DNA of 39,134 nt from an uncultured Gammaproteobacteria bacterium (GTDB lineage: Bacteria; Patescibacteriota; Microgenomatia; UBA1406; GWC2-37-13), in the NCBI GenBank assembly GCA_964390735.1, contig CAYMIY010000004.1, positions 1-39,134 on the forward strand, in the 5' to 3' direction. A model generated the notes under the pieces. It saw nothing but the letters and a program-made list of their open reading frames with translations. It searched no databases and was not told the origin of the DNA. A program made the translations under genes and the position numbers. Of the stretch, positions 14,051-23,900 are shown piece by piece (within the stretch, counting starts at the first letter, position 1; the number at the start of each line of letters is the position of its first letter).

Positions 14051-17000
14051 TTAAAATCTACCTTTTGTCAGGAATATGAAGGGCCTTTTATCTGCTTTCT
14101 GCATAAAACCAGGTACCCATGAGCTTGTAAATGTCTGAGTATTTCCTGGTGCATTGGGGAGAGACTTATCGCTCAGCTTGAGTTTTTCCATTTGTAGTTT
14201 TTCAAATTTGAAATTGCCGCATGTCTGTGCAGTCCCTAAGGTATAAAAAGTGCTGGGTGCATAGGTATTGTTGTAGCCCGTAGCTAACCAGTCGCTGGAA
14301 CGTGCATTATCAGAGATACGCACTTCATCTATCGTACCCTGTGCAAACTGGCCTGAAGAGCGAGAGCCTATAAATAAGTCAGAAGTAGAATTACCTATTC
14401 CTGATGTATATGCGGAGGTTGCAGGGTTTGAAAAAGTACCTGCATCCCCTTTGTATATATTTACATTCGAGTTATCACTTGTGCATGCAACATAATACCA
14501 GGTATTAAGATTAAAGTTGGCAGAGTCATTTGCATTTCCCGTACTTGCGCCATTAAACACCGAGCAATTAAATTTGGGACCTGTTGTATTTTCACGCAAG
14601 CGATAACCGTTACTTGCACCTGTTTCTTTATCGATCAGACTAGAGGAACTTCCTCCTACGGCTGTAGCATAGTTCCATACTTCAAACGTAATTGTATTTG
14701 TTCCATTCATATCAAGTCCTGTTTGAGTCCCGTCAGTTATAGTAAGTTTATTTGCGGCCCCGTCAAATCCGCCAGCTCCATCAATCTGTCCAGTAACAGC
14801 AGTTGTAGATGTTCCATCTGTTAGGCCATTATTATTACCGGTAGAATCTTGTCTAGTGCTATTGGTAGACTCCGATAAATGCCATACACCTTTATAATTT
14901 GAGTTCCATAACGATGTGGGATTGGCCAGACTTGATGCGTTTGCTGAATTACCATAGAAAATATAAATAGTAGTGTCAACACTGTTACTCAATGATGGAA
15001 TATTAACCCAGGCAATAAGTGATCCCGTAGTGTTTGTGTACTTTTCGATTTCAAAGTAAAGAATGGTTCCCGTAGAATCAGTGAAGACAATATCTGCTCC
15101 ATCAGATCTTGCTATTGATGCAAGATTACTATCATTCGATATAGAAATCATTACGGGAAAATTGGTAAGTGAAGAGCCTCCAGAGACTTTCGTATGGTCT
15201 ATGACTATTGATTTTCGTGTGCTCCACGCCGAATTATACCAGTTGGAAAAACATTGAGAAACGGGCGTAGGACCTGCCGGGGTAGGCGTCGGTGTAGCAG
15301 TGGCTGTCGGAGTAGGGGTGAATGTAGCGGTTGGTGTGGGTGTGTTGGTTGCGGCAAGAGGTGATTGAATTTCAACTGCAACGATAGAATAATCCACAGC
15401 ACCGCTAAATGTACCGTCCGTAGTAAGATTAGTAGAGGCAGATGCAAATGGCTTATCACTCACTTCCAGACCCGCAGTATTTCCTGTTGCACCTGACTGT
15501 ATATCTGTTCTTTCTGTCCACCCTGAACCCGGTGTAGTTGTACGAGCGCGTTCACCTACGGCTAGAAAAACATACGCATTATCACGACTTGTGTCCATAG
15601 TTGTATATGAGAATGATGTTGCATCATCAGCAGAATCAGTACCGGTACATGTAGATGTTCCTGCAGAATTTGATCCGTGCGTGTTGTATGAATCAAAGTT
15701 ACCTATAGGGTCAGTCGTATCAGTTCCACTATATCTGGCCACAGCAATGGCCGCACCTAAAGGTGCAGAGCTGAAATTTGCGGTTACGGCCCCATTGCCC
15801 GATACGGTGCCCAGTGCATACCAGACCTCTGTGCGTACTTGTTGTCTCCAGCTACACTGTGCCTGCACAAGATTCCACGTTAATCCAAGTCCGCTTACGG
15901 AGCTGACAGATTGATTAGGTTTAGTAGATACAGCGGCAAGATAAAGTTGGTTATTTACCCCTGTAATTGTTGCTGATGCAATAGATGTGCTTCCCGGCTC
16001 TGCCGTATTTGTCTGAATTTCCAGAAAACTGATAGCATCAGAAGCTATCTGCCAGCGACGTATTTCACCCGCAATAAGTTGGTTCCCTGATTTATCATAT
16101 AGTTCTAGAGGTCCAAGTAAAAAAAACTGGGGAGATATATCAGGAGCATCATATATATATCCAATCGTGATATTGTCACCTTTCTTGAATGATCCGTACC
16201 AAGAAATTACATGTGTATGATCTATTTTTGTAACTGAACTATATGGCAGGTTTGTACCCTGAAGAGGGGTAACTACGAATGAGTCAGGGGTATATTCTTT
16301 AATGGTACCTTCGTAATCTTCGTTTATTTTTATATGTATCTTTACTGTGTAAGCCTTTTCAGGGAAAATACGGGTAGCTGTTTCTCTCTCTATATCATAT
16401 GGGGTAGACGGGCGTACTTCAAATGAATCGCTGATTGCGTAACTCCCTTTACTGGTTGTGGCATTTAATGTCATCTGGTATGTGCCGGGAGCGGTTGTTT
16501 TGTAAGATGTTTCGAAATCTGGTTTATATGTCTGGTCTTTGGTGTGACACTCAGGATTTATTTTAATTGTGTCATTTCCCGTTGACACTTCTGTATTTGT
16601 TCCATACGGGTCCTTTATGCGTAGTTTTACATCGGCATCGCATACCATATTTCCCTGTTCATCGAGAACGGCGATAGCTAAAAACGCTGTTTCGTTTGGC
16701 ATAAATATAGACTTATTGGGGTTGATAGCAAGTACACCCCAGCTAAAGTCTTGTTCAAATTTGTTGTTACGATTATTTACTATCAGCTTATACTTTCCCG
16801 GACGGAAAAATCGGGGAGTACCGATCTGTATCTGGGCGTCGCCATTTTGTTGCATTTTGATAGTATATGATACATCTTCCTTTTTGCCAAACCCATTCAG
16901 AATAAGTATATTCTTTTTTAAGTCGGACGTGTTATATTCGGATGGAACAGTAATAACAGGATTCTGTTGAGGAGTATACTCGTGAACAGGGTCTCGTATC

Positions 17001-17170
17001 TCTGCATCATGTCTCAACCATATGATTGCTACAAAAAAAGGTATCGCGATAAGCATGGTCATCAAAATGATTTGCAGATTGCCTTTTTTCGACAGATGGT
17101 GTTTCAGTTTACTGTGCGTCGACATAGAGATATGAGTGATGTTTGTGGACTGTAGATACAGTCTCAGCAT
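14051..17170 (-). CDS. Large membrane-anchored surface protein: N-terminal TM, beta-rich region, PT linker, DUF2341-like and LamG/ConA-like lectin domains
   Basis: TM segment LQIILMTMLIAIPFFVAIIWL. Linker TNTPTPTATFTPTPTATATPTPTP. WSTRKSIVIDHTKV...NFPVMISI...DIVFTD...YFEIEKY...AWVNIP..TIYIFYGN is DUF2341-like. The segment starting GVWHLSE and containing DSTGNNNGL, FDG, TFEVW and IDEVRIS is LamG-like. The start could instead be ATG 17125. Confidence 0.75.
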   Translation of the reverse strand: MLRLYLQSTNITHISMSTHSKLKHHLSKKGNLQIILMTMLIAIPFFVAIIWLRHDAEIRDPVHEYTPQQNPVITVPSEYNTSDLKKNILILNGFGKKEDVSYTIKMQQNGDAQIQIGTPRFFRPGKYKLIVNNRNNKFEQDFSWGVLAINPNKSIFMPNETAFLAIAVLDEQGNMVCDADVKLRIKDPYGTNTEVSTGNDTIKINPECHTKDQTYKPDFETSYKTTAPGTYQMTLNATTSKGSYAISDSFEVRPSTPYDIERETATRIFPEKAYTVKIHIKINEDYEGTIKEYTPDSFVVTPLQGTNLPYSSVTKIDHTHVISWYGSFKKGDNITIGYIYDAPDISPQFFLLGPLELYDKSGNQLIAGEIRRWQIASDAISFLEIQTNTAEPGSTSIASATITGVNNQLYLAAVSTKPNQSVSSVSGLGLTWNLVQAQCSWRQQVRTEVWYALGTVSGNGAVTANFSSAPLGAAIAVARYSGTDTTDPIGNFDSYNTHGSNSAGTSTCTGTDSADDATSFSYTTMDTSRDNAYVFLAVGERARTTTPGSGWTERTDIQSGATGNTAGLEVSDKPFASASTNLTTDGTFSGAVDYSIVAVEIQSPLAATNTPTPTATFTPTPTATATPTPTPAGPTPVSQCFSNWYNSAWSTRKSIVIDHTKVSGGSSLTNFPVMISISNDSNLASIARSDGADIVFTDSTGTILYFEIEKYTNTTGSLIAWVNIPSLSNSVDTTIYIFYGNSANASSLANPTSLWNSNYKGVWHLSESTNSTRQDSTGNNNGLTDGTSTTAVTGQIDGAGGFDGAANKLTITDGTQTGLDMNGTNTITFEVWNYATAVGGSSSSLIDKETGASNGYRLRENTTGPKFNCSVFNGASTGNANDSANFNLNTWYYVACTSDNSNVNIYKGDAGTFSNPATSAYTSGIGNSTSDLFIGSRSSGQFAQGTIDEVRISDNARSSDWLATGYNNTYAPSTFYTLGTAQTCGNFKFEKLQMEKLKLSDKSLPNAPGNTQTFTSSWVPGFMQKADKRPFIFLTKGRF

Positions 17171-17206
17171 ACCATATTTTTCAGGTGATTTGAAGGGGAC
17201 AATAGC

Positions 17207-17899
17207 TTATAAGTGTCCTATACACGTATTGCCATCATTGTCGCTATTAGTTCCGTCCGGACATATTGTATTGACCCATATTACGCCACTTAAATTAGCT
17301 CCTGTCATTGTGGAGCCAGTGAAGTCTGTGTTTTTGATTGTAGAGTTAATAAAGTTCGTATTTGTAAAGTTTGAATTCGCAAAATTTACTCCATCAATGC
17401 TTGATATAGGTAAAAGTGCATCGGTAAAGTCTGTATGAGAGAAGTTTGGCATAGATTGTTCATTATTAATGGTGGAGGCTGTTAAGTCTGCTCTTATAAA
17501 TCTTGTACCAGAAAAGTCACCGCCGTTTATCTTTGTTTCTGTCATATAAGCATCGCTAAGATTTCGATTTTTGAGTCTATTGCCAAATATTTCATCGCCT
17601 GAGCCAGCTCCATTAAGTGCGCAATGAGGACATATGAAAGGTGTGTCAGTATTCCCACCAGCAGGGCCGGGAGGTCCTTGAATGCCTTCTTTATTCCAAT
17701 CAAGCGCTGTTTCTTTTTTCTTACACGTATCATTTGCACTAACAATACGAATGTTACCTTCTTTATCTACGCATGAATGAATCAGGTTCATATCACCACC
17801 GTGAGCAAATGAATAAGCGATCAGATTTGAGAAAATCATCCCTGCGAGTACAAGTGTTATGATCTTCCCGTTGGTTTTAACTTCGTTTAAAATATTCAT
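17207..17899 (-). CDS. Exported or membrane-anchored pentapeptide-repeat protein
   Basis: Start set at ATG 17899 (MNILNEVKTNGKIITLVLAGMIFSNLIAYSFAHG) to avoid overlap with the giant gene. The C-terminal half is pentapeptide-like (FSGTRFIRADLTAS...DGVNFANSNFTNTNFINSTIKNTDFTGSTMTGANLSG). Confidence 0.7.
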   Translation of the reverse strand: MNILNEVKTNGKIITLVLAGMIFSNLIAYSFAHGGDMNLIHSCVDKEGNIRIVSANDTCKKKETALDWNKEGIQGPPGPAGGNTDTPFICPHCALNGAGSGDEIFGNRLKNRNLSDAYMTETKINGGDFSGTRFIRADLTASTINNEQSMPNFSHTDFTDALLPISSIDGVNFANSNFTNTNFINSTIKNTDFTGSTMTGANLSGVIWVNTICPDGTNSDNDGNTCIGHL

Positions 17900-17991
17900 T
17901 ATCTTAAGCCTAAATCTGAAAACTGCTAATGTCAATATGTATTTGTCATCGTGAAATAAATTCGGGATGACATGCTTTCGATGAAAGCATG

Positions 17992-20900
17992 TCAATTCAC
18001 AATCCACCAGTTGAAGGTGATATCTGTTGGCATTGGCCCGCCTGAGATTGAGACTTTGAAATATGGTTTACAAGCTGTATCACCTTCGGCGCAGGTATGC
18101 TTGTCAGCGACAAACAAATTCTTGTTCTGGAGTGCAGAGGTAGATGTCACATAAATCAGGGAACCTGTCTTTACTTTCTCGTTATAGATAATGATCTCAC
18201 TCTGACTGGCAGGTAGTCGACCGACACCGATTGTCTTGCGATTCGTTTGCAAGGCAGGTGCATAAATACCGTTATTGGTAAAGTTTGTTGCGGCAGGAAT
18301 CACGGCCGCAGAATTTGTGGCATCAAGGTATTTATCGAGTGACAGATCTTTAAATTGTGCAGATCCTGATGCATCGATTGAAGCTACTTCCAGTCCCTGA
18401 TTATTCTGGACGGCTAATTTTGTATTTTGTACGTCCGGCTGACCGGCCACATCACTTGAAGCTAATTTCACATTTATATTATCATTCGGTATGATTGCTT
18501 CGATGATATTTGTTTTAACACCACCTTTTGCGATGATTGTTCCCTGTGTGGTTATAGTACCATCCTTAGCAATGACTACACCTCCGTCAAATAGATTGAT
18601 CGTTGAGAGTGATGAGAGCTTCAATTCCCATGAAAGTGAGAGAATACTTCCATCAGTGATTATCATACTACCGACTGATAGGTTGTGGGCAATTGAGACA
18701 TCATACATATTCGCATTATCGGTGACCGTGAGTTTTTCCAGATTTATAGCACTTGCTTGCGTAGCCACACTTACGGGTTGATTCAGGTTTTGATAATATG
18801 ATGGATCGGGGAGTGGTTGATTCTTAAGATCGGTTAATATCTTCTGAATATCGTTTACATTGGTGCTCAATTGCTGCAGATTCGAAGATTGACTTGCGAT
18901 TGAGTTCTGCGTGAGACCAAGATTATTTGCCAATGCATCGATATTATCAGCTTTGATTTCTTTTGCGGTAAGAGTTCCTGATACCGAAGCTTCATTCGTA
19001 TTCAGCGAACCCGCTGCTAACTGACCAGATATACTTGCCTCTTTTGTTTCTACTTTATGTGATGTAACTGTGCCACTAAAAGTTGCATTACCTGCGGCAT
19101 CAAGAGTGGTGACAGTTTTCCCTTCCATACCCTTAATAATGACGTTCGCGAGTGCACCCTGATTGGTTGGATTGCTCAGGTCGATGGTAATTGTGTCTTC
19201 CTGTGGCTTAATCGTATTCGTCTCGACATTATTAATCTGAGCAGTATCTCTTACGTTCAGATTATCTGTTTCCACAACAGGTGATGTAATCCTTTCTGAC
19301 ACCGTAAGCCTTTGGATCGTTCCATCAAGTGCGGTAAAGGATGTGGACGTGAGTGATATAAACGAACCAGTTGCAGACTTAATTGAAGTTGCCAGTATAG
19401 TCTTCGCTGACAACATATTACTCACGATCGCATTCTGTGTATCGGTTAACCCTGTGAGAATTGTGCCGGCAACTACTTTTGCGTAACCGGTTGTTGCACT
19501 GAGCACATCGCCGCTTGCGTTGGTTACAGTTGAGGCTGTGGCGCGAGTGACCGTAACCTGTCTATCATAGTCTGGCTGAGGTAAGAGTGCATTCTGACTC
19601 TGTGATAAGGTGAGCGTTCCGTCAGAATTAATTGCTACCTGAGGATCGTACCATGTTAAGTTAGTAAATACGAGTATTTTTCCTACTTTATTTGTATCCT
19701 GCTCAGTATAGCTTTCAAGCGCCTTACCGATAACAATTCCGGGCGTAATTGCTTTTACAGCTACACCAGGTATAGTGGAAGTAGTTAAGTAATCACCTTC
19801 ATAAATAGGACCATTTTGAGTAGATACTTTAGTGGGTATACGTCCATTTAAAGCTAGTTTAGCCACATTTATATAGTCATCTGAGCCAAGTGTTATTCCC
19901 GGACTTGTAGAAATAATACCCATTACTTTTGAGTCATGCTGTACGGTTGATTTATTTAATCTTCCGTTATCAATTTTTACGATGTCTCCCGGTTCAAGTA
20001 TTACACCGGGGGTTGTTGGATAATTCTCAGCTATATCAGCACGATCGATCATATTACCTGAAGTATTACTTGTAGGTATGGTAGGTCCAACTGAGCCCGT
20101 TGGAGGATCATCTTGCCATGTTCTTATGTAATCCACATCATGAGTTGCTGCTGTTCCCGTGGATTCGGTACGGGCAAATAAGTCCATAGCATTGCCTGTA
20201 CCTGGGAGAGTAGCAGTAACCGAGACAGATGTTCCATCAACACTACATACAACCTGTGGAGTAGAACCGTTCATAATCTGAACTCTTAAATTCTGAAAAG
20301 CGCTTGTAGAAATATTTACCCCTGTAGAAGTAAATGTTTCACTACTAGCATTTGCTGTCACACACTGCCATACCGTATCCGCGGCTCTTTTACCAATCCA
20401 TGCATGACGTGAACCGGTGTTTGCATCACTTGTTGGAAGCGCTGATGAAAAACCAAAGAATGCTCTCTGTGTACTAGCAGTAGAGCCCATTTTTATAGCA
20501 GCTTCGTATACTGGATTGTTATCCTGTTTATAAAATCCGTTTGTAAGAGTACTTTGTGAGCTGAGTGAACATCCTGCACCTGCCGTACTACTTGAAGTCA
20601 CCATACGGAAGACGCCACCAACAACTCCTGCTGTAAACGTGCTACTACATGACGCTCCTGTACCTACTACAGGAGAGGTCCATCTGTTTGTTGTATCAAG
20701 TACTTTTCCTGTAAAGTCGTCCTGAAATGTATTAATTCCTTGCTGATTCACCATTCCTCTTACGAGCTCAAGATCAAAAAAACCCGTACCACCATTTTGC
20801 ATATTTAATCTTGTCCAGTTGTTCTGAGAAGTGGACGCGATATTTCCTATATTCATGGTTACTGTATTTCCTGTATTGGCATTTGTTGTATCCAAATATA

Positions 20901-23900
20901 ATTTTCCTCCTGATACAGGAGAAGCACCGATACCTACATTACCTGAAGTAATAACTAAGTCAGCAGTTGGAGTAATATTAATATTTCCGGCCGTGTTACT
21001 TATAGTCGAAGTCGTACCTCCGATTTCAAGTTTTGCACCGGGTGCAGTCGTACCAATACCTACGTTTCCGTTGTGCTTTACGGTAAATACTGGTGTACCA
21101 GATGCAGAAGCAGTAAATATGTCCTGATCTCCTGTTTCATTAAATATGGCTAGTGCTTTTCCTTTAACGGCTCCGTCTAGATGTAATTTTGCTACAGGTG
21201 TATTTGTTCCTATGCCTAACAAACTATTTGTAATATCCCAGTAAAAACTGTTACTACCTGCCTGAGTTGTAGTACCGTTCCAGTAAGCAACCTGTCCGGA
21301 CGCACCTGTACCTGTGAGGGTTCCTACGGAGGACCATGTAAGAGTTCCCGAGCCGTTATTTGTAAGTACAGTGCTAGAACCGCCTTGAGAACCAGGCCAT
21401 GAGTAAGTCACACCGTTAATCCCTGTTAAATTTCCAGTTGAATTGACCTGAAACTGTGATGTTGATCCAACGGAAAATTGTGCTAATGGGTTTGTCGTTC
21501 CAATACCCACATTTCCACCTGATGCCAAGACGAGCTGTGTATTGTTAGTACCTGCCTGAAGTCGGAGTCCTGCAGATGAGCCTACGTATATTCTACCTGT
21601 GTTAGCACTCGCATCGGTTAAGTAAATGCCGTCAGTACTAGTTGTCGAAGATTGTCCGATCGTTAGTTTACCTGGTACAGTTGTCGAACCTATACCCACA
21701 TTGCCAGTATAATCAACGATAAATTTCGTGCTACCTGAAGCCGAAGCAGCTATAATGGGCTGATTTTCAGATTGATCAAGTATAGCTAATGATTTACCAA
21801 GCGCACCATCAGTTAACGTTCGTGTTAGATAAAACTGAGAAACCATATTTGATGTTGTTGTAGAGCCAATACCTATGCGTGATGTTGTAGCTGAAGGATA
21901 TAAATTATTGCCCGTCAAAGTCCATGAAGATGCTCCGGCAGGGCAGTTATTGCCGTTGGCGTCGCAGACTGCAACACCGTTTACGAAAACAGTCTGACCA
22001 TAAATACTTGAATACTGATTTGTCGTGGCCGTACCGAGACTGCGTGTATTAGCTGACGTTGGATTTAGGTTTGTAGCTACACCGGCTATGTTGTTTAAGT
22101 TTCGGGATGAATCAATTACTGTTGTCCCTGCAAAATTCAGAGCTCCTGCCACAATATTTAAGTTCCCAGTTGTATCAAGGCGCACCCGAGCGTTACCGCT
22201 TGCAGAATCATATATTTGATAATCAGTACTATTTGCTCTTAATCCTACCTCCCAAACATTAGTACCAGCTGTCGCATAATAGTTTTCTGCATAGCCGTTT
22301 GTTAAATCTCCTCGGCTAAGTACTGAAGCTGCAACATTTGTAGACCCAGTGAGTGTAGTCGCTGTATAGTTTCCTACCGTGGCAGCGCTACCTGTAACCA
22401 CAAGTTTATACGTAGGACTTGTTGTTCCAATACCCACATTGCCGTTATGTTTTATGGTGAACACAGGCGTACCAGAGGCAGATGCGGTAAATATGTCCTG
22501 GTCTGTACCGTTGTCGTTAAATATGGCAAGAGCTTTACCAATAGCAGCTGAATCCACATGTAGTTTTCCTACTGGTGTACCGGTACCGATACCGACATTA
22601 CCAGAATCAAGCGCTAGTAACGATGCTCCTGTAACTTTTAGTGAAAAGCCCCCAAAATTTGATGTTCCCGCAGGATCAATGCCATAGTTTGAATTGGAAG
22701 TATCAGCCAAATAGCCTACTAAAGCCGCTCCAGAGATATTTAAATTACCAGTTTGCTGAGAGCCAGGCGTTGATCCTTGTAACTGTATGAAACCATCAGA
22801 TATAGTTGTGCCGTTTACGTAAATGTTCTGGCCATATATATTTCTGAATTGTAAAGAAGCTGAACCAAGATCTGTAACGTTTGTAGTATTGGGGGCAACC
22901 AGCCCGCCGGCAACAGCATTTCCTGGATTTAAAATAATATTACCTGTAGTGGTCCCACCTATTGTTAACGAATTAAAATCTGAAGATTGGATAGATCTAT
23001 TAGAACCAGCTAAATTAATATTTCCTGATACTGATGCATTCCCTCGTATATCTAGTTTAGATACGGGTATTGTTGTCCCAATTCCTACATTTCCTGATAT
23101 TGCATTTAGGCCGGTATCTCCGTTTACCATCAATCGTAATTGCCGATTAGACGCCGCTCCCATATATAAGAATTCATTATTAGTATCTATTTCAGAGTTG
23201 CCCGTATCTGCAGTTAAAATAACGGACGTATTATTGGTCGCATTCCTTATTTCAGCACGTGAGGTACTTGTTCCTTGGACGTATAAATAGGTGTTAGTGT
23301 TGTATATAGGGCTATCAGATGCTCCACCATTAGCTATCTCCAGATTTGCGCGGGGACTGGTTGTTCCAATACCAACATTGCCATCATTTTTGATAACAAA
23401 ACGAGTCGTCCCTGATGCAGAGGCGGTCAATAGATCCTGATTTTCTGTTTGATTAAAAATCGCTAATGCTTTTCCTACTGCTCCATCCGCGATAGTTCTG
23501 GTAACATACAACTGAGATACCATTTCAGACGCGGTTGTCGTACCAATACCTATACGGTAAAGCGATTGAGCAGGATACAAATTAGGGGAAGCAAGAGTCC
23601 AGCCACTTGTACTTGCTGGGCAGTTGTTCCCGTTGGCATCGCAGACTGCAACACCGTTTACGAAAATGGATTGACCATAGATTGTCGAATACTGATTAGT
23701 GGTAGCTGTACCGAGAGCATAGGTGTTAGCTGCTGTAGGTGTGAGTGAAGTTGTAACACCAGCGATGTTATTTAACTGACGTGAACTGTTTATGACCGTG
23801 GTACCACCAAATGCGAGTGCACCAGATACGATGTTGAAATCATCGCCTGTGCCTATGTCCAGTCTATTTGCAGCACCTCTATAAAGATCAACGTCTGTAC

